Source: Alphaproteobacteria bacterium (GTDB taxonomy: Bacteria; Pseudomonadota; Alphaproteobacteria; UBA828). From it: a stretch of 64,000 nucleotides of DNA. Under the pieces are notes generated by a model that ran no database searches, had not been told where the DNA came from, and saw only the letters and a list, made by a program, of their open reading frames with translations. Shown here in pieces: positions 44,693 to 54,500 of this stretch (its first letter is position 1; every line of letters starts with the position of its first letter). The stretch spans positions 104,700 to 168,699 of the forward strand of contig CAXXVO010000018.1 of the NCBI GenBank assembly GCA_963422645.2, written 5' to 3'. The position numbers and the translations under genes were made by a program.

Positions 44693-45388
44693 ATGACGCC
44701 CAGCGCCTTTCGCGCCTTCACCTTCGATTGTTACGGCACCCTGATCGACTGGGAGCAAGGCATGCTCCGGGCGCTTCGCACGCTTCCGGGAATCGACGCC
44801 GATGACGATGCGCTTCTCGCCGCCTTCGCCCGGCACGAGCACGCGATCCAGGAACAGAACCCGGACATGCGCTACCCCGAGGTGTTGAGTCACGCCTGCA
44901 AGGCGATCGCGGCCGATTTCGGCCAAGCCGCGACCGACGAGCAGGCCTCAGCCTTCGGCGCCTCGATCGCCGACTGGCCGCCTTTCCCCGATTCGGTCGA
45001 GGCCCTCGCCTACCTGCGCGAGCATGGCTTGTTGATGGTGCTCTCGAACGTGGACCGTGCGTCTTTTGCCCATAGCGCAAGGCGCCTGGGCGATCCCTTC
45101 CACGCCGTCGTCACCGCCGAGGATGTCGGGAGCTACAAGCCCGCGCCCGCGCATTTCGAGCGCGCGACGGCGCTGTTCGCGAAAGAGGGGATTGCGCCCG
45201 GCGAGGTGCTCCACGTGGCCCAGAGCCTCTTCCACGACGTTGTGCCGGGCCGTAGCGCGGGCTTTTCCACCTGCTGGATCGACCGCCGCGCGGGCCGCCC
45301 CGGCGGCGCGACGCCGCCGGTCGACGTGGAGCCGGACATCACCTTCCACGACCTCGCCTCGCTCGCCGCCTGGCACCGCGCGGGCTGA
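44693..45388 (+). CDS. HAD-superfamily hydrolase (haloacid dehalogenase type II-like)
   Basis: FDCYGTLIDW, LSNVD, GSYKP, HVAQSLFHD. Confidence 0.9.
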   Translation: MTPSAFRAFTFDCYGTLIDWEQGMLRALRTLPGIDADDDALLAAFARHEHAIQEQNPDMRYPEVLSHACKAIAADFGQAATDEQASAFGASIADWPPFPDSVEALAYLREHGLLMVLSNVDRASFAHSARRLGDPFHAVVTAEDVGSYKPAPAHFERATALFAKEGIAPGEVLHVAQSLFHDVVPGRSAGFSTCWIDRRAGRPGGATPPVDVEPDITFHDLASLAAWHRAG

Positions 45389-45417
45389 GCCTACGGCGCC
45401 GGCCGGAGCGGCTGGCG

Positions 45418-45792
45418 CTACTCGTGCAGGTCGAAGCGGAAGGACTTCGAGACGATCTTCCATTCGCCGTCGATCCTGATCAGGCTCAGGAAGTCGGTGA
45501 AGTAGCGCGGATGAATCGCGCACTCGCAGGTCACGACGGCGGTGTTCTCGTCCGACAAGTCGATGGAGAGGATCTTGTCGAAGCGCGCCTGCCCCGTCGA
45601 TACCGGCGGCACGCGGCTCTTCACGATTTCGAACCACTCCTCGCGCGGCCAATCGACAAATTTGCCGTCCATGTTCGCGAACAGGTGGCTGGAGGGGTGA
45701 AAGATCGTGGCGAGCTTCTCCGTGTCGCACTCGTAAAGCCCGTCGAAATAGACCTGCACCACATCGGTGATCTCTTGGTAGCTGTTGCTCAT
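45418..45792 (-). CDS. NTF2-like / putative lumazine-binding protein
   Basis: 124 aa; YFDGLY, IFHP, FTDFLSL, GEWKIVSK. Confidence 0.8.
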   Translation of the reverse strand: MSNSYQEITDVVQVYFDGLYECDTEKLATIFHPSSHLFANMDGKFVDWPREEWFEIVKSRVPPVSTGQARFDKILSIDLSDENTAVVTCECAIHPRYFTDFLSLIRIDGEWKIVSKSFRFDLHE

Positions 45793-45988
45793 TCGTGCTC
45801 CCTCCACGTCCCTTGCGTCCCCACGGCCGGTTCCGCCGGCCACGGACCCCGTATAGGCTTTTGCGCCGGCCGACAAGAGCCCGATGGGAAGCGCCTGCTG
45901 CGCAGGCGCGGTGGGCCGTGCTACCGTTGCAGCTCGCGATGGCGAGAGGCGATCGGATGGCGCGCGGGCGTGCGCGGGAGGGAGCCCG

Positions 45989-47179
45989 ATGAAGACCGTG
46001 ATGCGCGAGAAGCAGTGGGCGGAGAAGTATCCCGACCTCGGGACCGAGCCGGTGCCCACCGAACCCTACGTCTCCGACGAGCATTACGAGCTCGAGCGCG
46101 AGCGCATCTTCCGCCGATGCTGGCTCAACGTCGGCCGTGTCGACGAGATCCCGAACCCGGGCGATTACTTCGTGCGCGACATCGCCATCTGCAAGACCTC
46201 CGTGCTGATCATCCGGGGTTCGGACGGCGTCGTGCGCGGCTTCCACAACGTCTGCTCGCACCGCGGCAACACGCTGGTGCTGGACGGGCGCGGCACCTGC
46301 CCCGGTAGCGTCTACTGCCATTTCCACAACTGGGTCTATAGCGACACGGGCGAGCTGATCCGCGTGCCCGATGAGGAGAATTTCTTCGACTTCGACAAGC
46401 GCGACCACGGGCTCACGCCGGTCAACACGGATTTCTGGGAGGGCTTCGTCTTCGTCCACCTGGGGTCAGAGCCGGCGGAGACGCTGCGCGAGTACCTCGG
46501 CGGCGTGGCGGACCAGCTTGACGGCTGCCCCTTCCACGAGATGCCGCTGATGCAGACCTATCTGGTGGAAGAGCGTGCCAACTGGAAGGTCGGGCTCGAC
46601 GCGCAGAACGAGCTCTATCACCTGCCCTTCCAGCACCGCCGCATCCTGGGCGACTCCTTCCTGATGAACGACAAGGGGCATTGCCGCTTCCAGGACGTCA
46701 ACCTCTACAACTATCACACGGTCTGGTCGTGCGAGTACGACCCCACCCACAAGCTCACCCCGCTGGAGGGCACGCTCTTCGCCGCCGAAAACGGCGCCCC
46801 GGTTGCCCGCATCCCGCAGATGATCGGCGAGTTCGACTTCTTCGTGCTCTTCCCGAACTTCGTGATCCTGCTCTTCGACGTCGGCAACTCGACGAGCTAC
46901 GTCAGCTACCATTTCTGGCCGCTGGCGGTCGACCGCACGATCTGGGAAATCCGCATGCACTTCAGGGAGCCCGCGAACACACGCGAGCGGCTGCAGCAGG
47001 AGTACTTCAAGTGTCTGATCCGGGACACGCTGCAGGAGGACACGGTCGCGCACGAGAACGTGCACGCGGGCCTCGCGTCGCGCGCCAAATCCCATGTAAT
47101 CCTGCAGGACGACGAGACGCCGATCCGCTACTTCCACAAGGTGCTGGAGGATCACGTCGGGTTCTACAGCAACGCGTGA
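45989..47179 (+). CDS. Rieske non-heme iron oxygenase alpha subunit
   Basis: CSHRG...CHFHNW Rieske motif; ANWK...ELYHLPFQH iron ligands; distal EDT. Confidence 0.92.
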   Translation: MKTVMREKQWAEKYPDLGTEPVPTEPYVSDEHYELERERIFRRCWLNVGRVDEIPNPGDYFVRDIAICKTSVLIIRGSDGVVRGFHNVCSHRGNTLVLDGRGTCPGSVYCHFHNWVYSDTGELIRVPDEENFFDFDKRDHGLTPVNTDFWEGFVFVHLGSEPAETLREYLGGVADQLDGCPFHEMPLMQTYLVEERANWKVGLDAQNELYHLPFQHRRILGDSFLMNDKGHCRFQDVNLYNYHTVWSCEYDPTHKLTPLEGTLFAAENGAPVARIPQMIGEFDFFVLFPNFVILLFDVGNSTSYVSYHFWPLAVDRTIWEIRMHFREPANTRERLQQEYFKCLIRDTLQEDTVAHENVHAGLASRAKSHVILQDDETPIRYFHKVLEDHVGFYSNA

Positions 47180-47211
47180 TCGATGGTCGCGAGGCTGAAG
47201 GGGTCCGCACG

Positions 47212-47538
47212 ATGTCTGAGGCAGCACTACCGGAGGCGTTCGAGGACCTTGCGCCATGGCTCGACTGGGCGCTGGAGCCCGAGCGCGCGCGCACGGCGAA
47301 GAGGGTGGCGTCCTCGATGGAGGAGCTTCGCGCCTTCTACGACGCCGTGATGCCGCGCATGGAAGAGATCATCGCCTATCTCGACGATGTCCCGGAGGGT
47401 GAGAGCAGGCCGGCGCCGGCGCACCGCCTCTACCTGCTCACCCTTTCGCTGGTGGAGGTCTCCAACCTGGTGGAGCTCTACAAACGCCGCGAGGTCATCG
47501 AGGCCTGCGACCCCCTCCACTTCAACTCGCAGCACTGA
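47212..47538 (+). CDS. Small hypothetical protein downstream of the Rieske oxygenase
   Basis: 108 aa, host-like codon usage; LPEAFEDL, RVASSMEELRAFYDA. Confidence 0.7.
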   Translation: MSEAALPEAFEDLAPWLDWALEPERARTAKRVASSMEELRAFYDAVMPRMEEIIAYLDDVPEGESRPAPAHRLYLLTLSLVEVSNLVELYKRREVIEACDPLHFNSQH

Positions 47539-47550
47539 GGGGGAACGAGT

Positions 47551-49353
47551 CTACTCATCACCCTCCCTCTTCTCCCGCTTTGGCGGCAGGTCGAGCTTGA
47601 GGCTGAGCTCCTTGAGGTGCTTCGCCGGCACCGGCGCCGGTGCCCCCATCATCAAGTCCTGCGCCGTCTGGTTGAGCGGGAACATGATGACCTCGCGGAT
47701 GTTGGGCTCGTCCGAGAGCAGCATGACGATGCGGTCGATGCCGGGCGCGATGCCGCCGTGGGGCGGCGCGCCGTACTGGAAGGCGTGGTAGAGCGCGCCG
47801 AAGCGGCGCTTCACCTCGTCCTCACCGTAGCCCGCGATCTCGAACGCCTTGACCATCAGGTCGGGCTGGTGATTGCGGATCGCGCCGCTGGAAAGCTCCA
47901 CGCCGTTGCAGACGATGTCGTACTGGTAGGCGAGCACGCTGAGCGGATCGTCGCTCTCCAGCGCCTCCATCCCGCCTTGCGGCATGGAGAAGGGGTTGTG
48001 GCTGAAGCCGACGGCGCCGGTCTCCTCGTCGCGCTCGAACATCGGGTAGTCGATGATCCAGCAGAAGGCGAACCTGTCCTCGTCGATCAGCTCGAGCCGC
48101 TTGCCGAGCTCGAGCCGCACGGCGCCGGCGTAGCGGGCGGCGGCGTCGGGCTTGTCGCAGCTCAGGAACACCGCGTCGCCATCCTCGAGGCCCGCAATCG
48201 TGCGAATCTCCTCCTGCACCGCGTCCGGCACGAACTTCGCAATCGGCCCCTTGCCGGCACCGTCCGCAAAGATGATGTAGCCGAGGCCGGGCGCACCCAG
48301 GCTCTGGGCGAACCCGATCATCCGGTCGAAGAAGCTGCGCGGCCGGTCGGCGATCCCCTTCACTGGAATGCCGCGTACCACGCCCCCCTTGGCAATCGCG
48401 CCCTTGAAGGCCTTGAAGGTCACCGCGTCGTTGCCGAACTGCTCCGTCAGGTCGACGATCTCGATGGGGATGCGCAGGTCCGGCTTGTCGGTGCCGAAGC
48501 GCAGCATCGCGTCCTTGTAGGCGAAGCGCGGGAAGGGCGGCGGGGTGACGTCGCGCTCGGTGAACTCCGTGAAGACGCCGTGCATCACCGGCTCCAGCGC
48601 TTCGAACACGTCCTCCTGCTCGACGAACGCCATCTCGACATCGAGCTGGTAGAACTCGCCGGGGGAGCGGTCGGCGCGCGCGTCCTCATCGCGGAAGCAG
48701 GGCGCGATCTGAAAGTAGCGGTCGAAGCCTGAGGCCATCACCAGCTGCTTGAACTGCTGCGGTGCCTGCGGCAGGGCGTAGAAGGTCCCCGGATGCAGCC
48801 GGCTCGGCACCAGGAAGTCGCGCGCGCCCTCGGGCGAGCTTGCCGTCAGAATCGGCGTGTGACACTCCATGAAGCCCAGCTCGACCATGTGCCGGCGAAT
48901 GCTGGCGACGATGGCGCTGCGACGCACCATGTTCTGGTGCATGCGCTCGCGCCTGAGGTCGAGGAAGCGATAGCGGAGCCGTACCTCCTCGCCGTAATCG
49001 TGCTCGCCGTGAACCGGCAGCGGCAGGGTCTCGGCGGCGTTTTGCACCTCAAGCTCGGCGATCCGCACCTCGACCGCGCCGGTGGGAATTTTGGGATTCA
49101 CGGTCTCAGCGTCGCGCGTGACCACCGGGCCGGTCAGCGTCACCACCGTCTCCGGCTTGAGCGCCGTCACCGCGTCGAAGAGCGGCTCGCCGCTCTCGGC
49201 AACGCACTGGGTGATGCCGTAGTGGTCGCGCAGGTCCACGAAGACGAGGTGGCCGTGATCGCGTGCCCGATGGACCCAGCCGGAGAGGCGCGCGGTCGAG
49301 CCGACATCGGAGGGCCTGAGCGCGCCGCAGGTATGCGTTCGGAATCGATGCAT
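47551..49353 (-). CDS. aspS: Aspartate--tRNA ligase
   Basis: [41 protein letters not shown]. Confidence 0.97.
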   Translation of the reverse strand: MHRFRTHTCGALRPSDVGSTARLSGWVHRARDHGHLVFVDLRDHYGITQCVAESGEPLFDAVTALKPETVVTLTGPVVTRDAETVNPKIPTGAVEVRIAELEVQNAAETLPLPVHGEHDYGEEVRLRYRFLDLRRERMHQNMVRRSAIVASIRRHMVELGFMECHTPILTASSPEGARDFLVPSRLHPGTFYALPQAPQQFKQLVMASGFDRYFQIAPCFRDEDARADRSPGEFYQLDVEMAFVEQEDVFEALEPVMHGVFTEFTERDVTPPPFPRFAYKDAMLRFGTDKPDLRIPIEIVDLTEQFGNDAVTFKAFKGAIAKGGVVRGIPVKGIADRPRSFFDRMIGFAQSLGAPGLGYIIFADGAGKGPIAKFVPDAVQEEIRTIAGLEDGDAVFLSCDKPDAAARYAGAVRLELGKRLELIDEDRFAFCWIIDYPMFERDEETGAVGFSHNPFSMPQGGMEALESDDPLSVLAYQYDIVCNGVELSSGAIRNHQPDLMVKAFEIAGYGEDEVKRRFGALYHAFQYGAPPHGGIAPGIDRIVMLLSDEPNIREVIMFPLNQTAQDLMMGAPAPVPAKHLKELSLKLDLPPKREKREGDE

Positions 49354-49598
49354 GGCGGGAGGCCCTGTGGAGCGTGGAGCGGAGTGGAGCGTGGTGCCCG
49401 GACCGGGCCGAGCCGCGCGGAAAAGCGCACGGAACCGGCCGGCTTGTCAAGCGCGGCCCCGGTCCGGCGGCACGGCGCCGACCGGCGCGCGTCCGTCTTT
49501 GATGGGCGCGCGACAGGCCGCGACCGCGGCCCGCCGCTCCTGCGGCGCCCTCGCGGAGGTGCCGGCCGAAGGCCGGCTGCCGTGAGCGACAAATTGTA

Positions 49599-49629
49599 AG
49601 AGCGTTTCCGTGCCGAACGGAAACGCTCT
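49599..49629. repeat. Perfect 13-bp palindromic hairpin
   Basis: AGAGCGTTTCCGT-GCCGA-ACGGAAACGCTCT just after the ABC gene stop; terminator or short dispersed repeat. Confidence 0.55.
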
Positions 49630-49637
49630 CACTCACC

Positions 49638-50204
49638 TCAATGCAGCGTCGCGATGTCCTCGGCGGTCTCTTCGCCGGGCTTCTTGCCGAGGATGATCAT
49701 GCTCAGCACCTGGTCCTTGGTGACCTCGGCGGTGCGGTGGGTGCCGATCTGGCGGCCGTTCGCCATCACCGTAATGCGGTCCGAGAGGTCGAACACGTCG
49801 TGGATGTCGTGGGAGATCAAGACCATGCCGATCCCCTCCGACTTGAGCTGGACCACCAGGTCCTTGAAGACCGCGGTCTCGCGGAGCCCGAGCGCGGCGG
49901 TCGGCTCGTCCATGATCAGGACCTTGGTGTCGAAATAGAGTGCGCGGGCGATGGCCACTGACTGGCGCTGGCCGCCGGAAAGCCGCTGCACCGGCTCTCG
50001 CAGGTTCACGAAGTTGGGGTTGATGCGGGCGATGACCTCGCGGGTGGCGCGCTCCATGGCGTTGCCGTCGAGGGTCGCCCAGCGGGTCATGATCTCGCGC
50101 CCGAGAAACAGGTTGGCCACCGCGTCGAGATGGTCGGCCAGCGCCAGATCCTGATAGAGGATCTCAATGCCGAGGTTCCTGGCATCGCGGGGATTGTTGA
50201 TGGT
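49638..50204 (-). pseudogene. Sugar ABC transporter ATP-binding protein, 5' part lost
   Basis: YQDLALAD, LSGGQRQ, VLIMDEPT, ISHD present but no Walker A; breaks exactly at the TGTAG end at 50205. Confidence 0.9.
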
Positions 50205-51361
50205 TGTAGACGGACGAAAGTCGTTGTGAATCGGGTCAAGGGGTGGAATCAGGCGGAATCGGGCGGAAGGTGGCGGAATCTCAAGGGGATGCGCGGCGGC
50301 ACGGTGGCGGTGCGGCGGCTGGCGTGCGGACGGAAGTCTTTGCGAATCGGGCCGTGCAGAGGCCGTGAATTGGCTGGAAACGGCAATTTTCGGGGCGTTT
50401 CAGGGGTCTTGCGACGGCGGCAAATCGGGTCGGTTTCGGGGTATCGGATTCGGCTGGAAAATCCGGTGCGTGGCGCCCGTCCCGCGAGGCTGGCGGCGGC
50501 CCGCGCCGGGGCGCTGAATCGGCTTGAGATGGCGTGCGGCGGCGCGTAGGGTGAGCGTGGCGTCGGAAGCAGCAGTCCTCTCATGCCTTCGGGCGAGCGC
50601 GGGGTTTGCGACCCGCCCGGCGCCTCACTTCCCATCCCTCCTGATCGGCCCGAAGCGTCGCCTTGTGACATCGAGGTCAGCGGCCTTCGACCTGTGCAGG
50701 CTCACGATGTAGGCCTCGTCGCCACCTGCGGCCGACTTGACGACGGCCTTCCACAGGCACCCGTCCTCTTCGAGGAAGCCCTGCGCGAAACGGCCGTTGT
50801 CCTCCACGAACATCTCCCCTTGATCGAGGATGCGCTGGAGGCGGGCGTAGTCTGCGGGTTCGAGATCGGGGTGTCGCCTGGCCTGCTTTGCGGCGGTTTC
50901 TGCGGAGAGGCGGGCGGTTCGGGAGCGTGCGCCGATGGCGGCCATGACCGGGCCTCCGAGCACGGCCGCGGGCCAGTCGGCGTCGGACCGGCCTTCGAGG
51001 TGGCGGCGGAAGAGCGCGCCGTTCCAGGGTTGGCCTATGGCGGCGCGTGCGAGGTCGGGGGGCGCGTCGTCGATCTTCTCGATCAGGCGGTTTGCGCTGT
51101 CGCGGCCCGGCCGGGCGCGGCCGGCGTTGTGCTGGAAGCCGGGATCGATGCCGGCGGGGACCTGGTGGATGCGGCCGGTGCGGCGGTTCTTCCAGGGCCT
51201 GGTGCGCCCGGAGCCGGGCGGCGGACCCTCGGACACCTTGTATCCGTAGCGTTCGAGGTCGTCGTCTCCGAGCTGCTGGACGATGCAGCGGCACTTCCAT
51301 CCGTTGGGCGGGTAGTGGGTCTTCCAGAAGGGGTGATCGACGGGGAGCACGGTGCCGTGCC
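50205..51361. mobile_element. Second Mu-like prophage relic, left end only
   Basis: Starts TGTAG; motif copies at 50212-50232 and 50328-50348; homologous to 31911-32093; carries a MuF fragment. Confidence 0.8.
50625..51361 (-). pseudogene. Phage Mu gpF-like head protein 3' fragment with a putative BECR-type nuclease extension
   Basis: HGTVLPVDHPFWKTHYPPNGWKCRC and GIDPGF are typical of MuF; extra C-terminal domain of about 115 aa; N-terminus missing. Confidence 0.8.
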
Positions 51362-51527
51362 TGGTGGACGCGGCCGGTGAGCGCGCGCGGTCTTTCAGCG
51401 GGGATCGGGGCCTGATCCGCTCGGATTTGTTGAGGTTTTGGGGCGGGTGCCCCTCGGCGAACTTGCAAGAAGTTCGCCGGGGGGCTTTGTCTCGTGGTGA
51501 CGGTCACAATCGCCAGAGACGGCCCCA

Positions 51528-52145
51528 ATGTCGCACAACATTTTCCGCCACTCCATGCTTTGCAACGCCCTGGTCTGGGCCTGGCTGCGCGAGGTCGATG
51601 AGGCCGAGGCGGCGCGCTGCCGCGAGGCGGGCTGCCGACACTGCCCCGGCAAGCTGCACAGCGCGACGTATCCGCGCAAGCCGTACGGTCTGGCAGCCGA
51701 GTTGAGGGAAGAGGGCACGCGGCGGTTCAGCTTCTGCTGCGCGGATTGCCGCCTGCGAGCGACCCCACCATCGGTACGATTCTTCGGGCGCCGCTTTTAT
51801 CTGGGCGCCCTGTTCGTTCTGTTGAGTGCACTGGTTCTGAGAGGCGGGGTGCGGTTGCAGACGATCAAGCGGAAGTGGGGGGTCTCGGTCGCCACACTGC
51901 GCCGCTGGCGGAAGTGGTGGCTGGAGGCGTTCCCGGCGACGGAGCCCTGGGGAGCGAAGCGTGGCGAACTGGTGATGCCACCCGAGGAGGTGCCGCTGCT
52001 CTTCGTGCTGCGGCAGATGCGGGGCGGACGCTTCGGTGAGCGTCTGTTCCTGAGCCTGATCTGGTTCAAGCCGTGGACGGGCTATTGCGGGCTCGGCGAT
52101 GGCTCGGCGCCGCCCGCAGAAAGTGTTCCTGTCACGCCCGGATAG
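51528..52145 (+). CDS. Transposon accessory protein (Cys-rich Zn-binding plus HTH-like)
   Basis: CRHC...CCADC, TPPSVRF, GVSVATLRRW; directly upstream of the transposase. Confidence 0.7.
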   Translation: MSHNIFRHSMLCNALVWAWLREVDEAEAARCREAGCRHCPGKLHSATYPRKPYGLAAELREEGTRRFSFCCADCRLRATPPSVRFFGRRFYLGALFVLLSALVLRGGVRLQTIKRKWGVSVATLRRWRKWWLEAFPATEPWGAKRGELVMPPEEVPLLFVLRQMRGGRFGERLFLSLIWFKPWTGYCGLGDGSAPPAESVPVTPG

Positions 52146-52194
52146 GGCGTTCTACATGGGCATCTCTCCGATGCGGCGAGGGAGGGATGCCGGA

Positions 52195-53670
52195 ATGGAC
52201 AAGGACGACGCGGGCGCCAGGCGCGAGAAGTGGGCCCGGCTGCGCTTTGCGGTGGTGGGGCCGCTTCTGGCTTCACCGCCGCCTGCAGGCCAGCTGGGGG
52301 CCGAGTTCGAGCGTCTGTCGCAGCGCGACTGGGAGCACCCGTCGGGCAAGGGGCCGGTGCGCTTTGCGGCCTCGACGATCGAGCGCTGGTACTACCGGGC
52401 GCGGGCAGAGGAGCAGGACCCGGTCAAGGCGCTGCGCCGGAAGCCTCGGACCGACGTCGGCCGCGAGCGGTCCATGTCGGCGGGGCTGATCGCGGCGCTG
52501 CGCGAGCAGTACCGGGTCCATCCCTCGTGGGCGGCGCAGCTCCACTACGAGACCCTCAAGGCTCATGTTGCGACCCATCCCGAGCTCGGCCCGATGCCGT
52601 CCTACGCGACGCTGACGCGGGCGATGCGCAATCGCGGCCTGGTGCGCGAGCGCCCCAGGAAGTGGCACGAGGGTGAGGACAAGCCGGCGGTCGAAGCCCG
52701 CGAGGTCCTTAGCTACGAGGTGTCTCGCAGTCACGCGCTGTGGCACGGGGACTTCCACCACGGCAAGCGCCGCGTGCTGACGGCGTCGGGCGAATGGCAG
52801 ACGCCCATCCTGCTCGGCTTCCTCGACGACCACTCCAGGCTTGGCTGCCACCTGCAGTGGTACCTGGAGGAGACCGCCGAGGTCTTCGTCCACGGGCTCT
52901 GTCAGGCCTTCATGAAGAGGGACTTGCCCAGGTCCCTGCTGACCGACAACGGCGGGCCGATGACGGCGGGCGAGGTCGAGGAGGGCTTGCACCGCCTCGG
53001 CATCGTGGGGGCCACGACACTCGCTTACAGCCCCCATCAAAATGGAAAAATCGAGTCGTTCTGGGGCACGGTCGAGGGCCGCCTGATGGCTCAGCTCGAA
53101 GGCGTCGACGCGCTCACCCTGAAGATGCTCAACGACGCCACCATAGCCTGGCTGGAGCAGGACTACCATCGGCGGGTGCACCGCGAGCTCGGCATGACGC
53201 CGCATGAACGCCTCGCCGGGAGCGTCAAGGCATCGAGGCCCTGCCCCGCCTCGGACGAGCTCAAGGCGGCCTTCCGCATCGCCAGGAAGCGCACGCTCAG
53301 GCGCTCGGACGGCACCGTCTCGGTCGAGGGCATCCGCTACCAGGTGCCACAGCCGTGGCGCCACCTGAGGACGCTCTGGGTCCGCTATGCGCGCTGGGAC
53401 CTCAGCGGCGTCGATCTGGTGGAAGGCCGAAGCGGCGAGCGGCTGTGCACGCTGTACCCCCTCGACAAGCGCGGCAACGCCGATGGCGTCCGCCGTCCTG
53501 CGAGACCCGGCAGCGACCATGGCGGCGCCAGCGCGGGCGTCGGCGAACTTCCGCCGCTGCTCAAGGGCGTGCTCGACGCCCAGGCCGCAACAGGCCTGCC
53601 GCCGGCCTGGGTACCCCATAACAAGACGCCCGGTCCGGGCGAGGACGACGATCAGGGAGATCCGTCATGA
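52195..53670 (+). CDS. DDE integrase-core (Mu/rve-type) transposase
   Basis: HTH (STIERWYY), WHGDFH, DDHSR, TDNGG, NGKIESFW; Mu-like C-terminal DGTVSVEGIRY. Confidence 0.9.
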   Translation: MDKDDAGARREKWARLRFAVVGPLLASPPPAGQLGAEFERLSQRDWEHPSGKGPVRFAASTIERWYYRARAEEQDPVKALRRKPRTDVGRERSMSAGLIAALREQYRVHPSWAAQLHYETLKAHVATHPELGPMPSYATLTRAMRNRGLVRERPRKWHEGEDKPAVEAREVLSYEVSRSHALWHGDFHHGKRRVLTASGEWQTPILLGFLDDHSRLGCHLQWYLEETAEVFVHGLCQAFMKRDLPRSLLTDNGGPMTAGEVEEGLHRLGIVGATTLAYSPHQNGKIESFWGTVEGRLMAQLEGVDALTLKMLNDATIAWLEQDYHRRVHRELGMTPHERLAGSVKASRPCPASDELKAAFRIARKRTLRRSDGTVSVEGIRYQVPQPWRHLRTLWVRYARWDLSGVDLVEGRSGERLCTLYPLDKRGNADGVRRPARPGSDHGGASAGVGELPPLLKGVLDAQAATGLPPAWVPHNKTPGPGEDDDQGDPS

Positions 53671-54500
53671 ACCGCGAGCTGCTCACCTTCTACGGGCTCA
53701 AATGGAACCCCTTCGCCACCGACCTTCCGGTCGACAGCCTCATGGTGAGCCCCGCCGTCGACAGCTTCTGCCTCAGAATCGAGCATCATCTTGTGCGCCA
53801 GGGCGGCTTCGCGTTGATCGCCGGCGAGCCCGGCACCGGAAAGAGCGTGGCGTTGCGCGTGCTCGCCGACCGCCTCGGCCGCTCGGACGGGCTCAGGGTC
53901 TGTGCCATCACCCACCCCTCTTCCAGGCTGTCCGACTTCTACCGCGAGATCGGCGGGATGTTCGGCGTCGACCTGATGTACAACAACCGCTGGGCCAGCT
54001 TCAAAAACCTGCGCGAGCGATGGCTCACCCATGTCGACGACACCCGCATGCGGCCCGTGGTGCTCATCGACGAGGCCCAGGAGCTGCTGCCCTCGGTGAT
54101 CTCCGAGATCCGCCTGCTGGCGTCCACCGACTTCGACTCGCGCGCCATCCTCTCGGTCGTCTTCGCCGGCGACAGCCGCCTGATCGACAGGCTCCGCCAG
54201 CCCGACTTGCAGCCCATCGCCTCGCGCCTGCGCCAGCGCCTGGTCATGACCCAGGCAGACGCCGGCGACCTCGCGGCCCTGCTCGACCATCTGGTCGAGC
54301 AGGCCGGCAATCCGGGCCTCATGAGCGCAGAGCTCAAGGACACCCTGGTCACCCACGCCGGCGGCAACCCCAGGGCGCTTACCGTCATGGGCGACATGCT
54401 GCTCGCCGCCGGCGCCGAGAAGAACCGCGAGGTTCTCGACGAGAAGCTCTTCATGGAGATCCTGGGCGAGCCCGCCAAGCCGAAGAGGGCACGGCGGTGA
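53667..54500 (+). CDS. ExeA-like AAA+ ATPase (transposition helper)
   Basis: FYGLKWNPF, GEPGTGKS, LIDEAQ, SRL, GNPR; ATGA overlap with the transposase. Confidence 0.9.
   Translation: MNRELLTFYGLKWNPFATDLPVDSLMVSPAVDSFCLRIEHHLVRQGGFALIAGEPGTGKSVALRVLADRLGRSDGLRVCAITHPSSRLSDFYREIGGMFGVDLMYNNRWASFKNLRERWLTHVDDTRMRPVVLIDEAQELLPSVISEIRLLASTDFDSRAILSVVFAGDSRLIDRLRQPDLQPIASRLRQRLVMTQADAGDLAALLDHLVEQAGNPGLMSAELKDTLVTHAGGNPRALTVMGDMLLAAGAEKNREVLDEKLFMEILGEPAKPKRARR

Noticed and set aside
51362-51377. Alternative left boundary of the five-gene element at TGGTGG 51362
   Set aside because: The inverted match to the right end begins at 51378; these 16 bp remain unassigned, so the boundary is slightly uncertain
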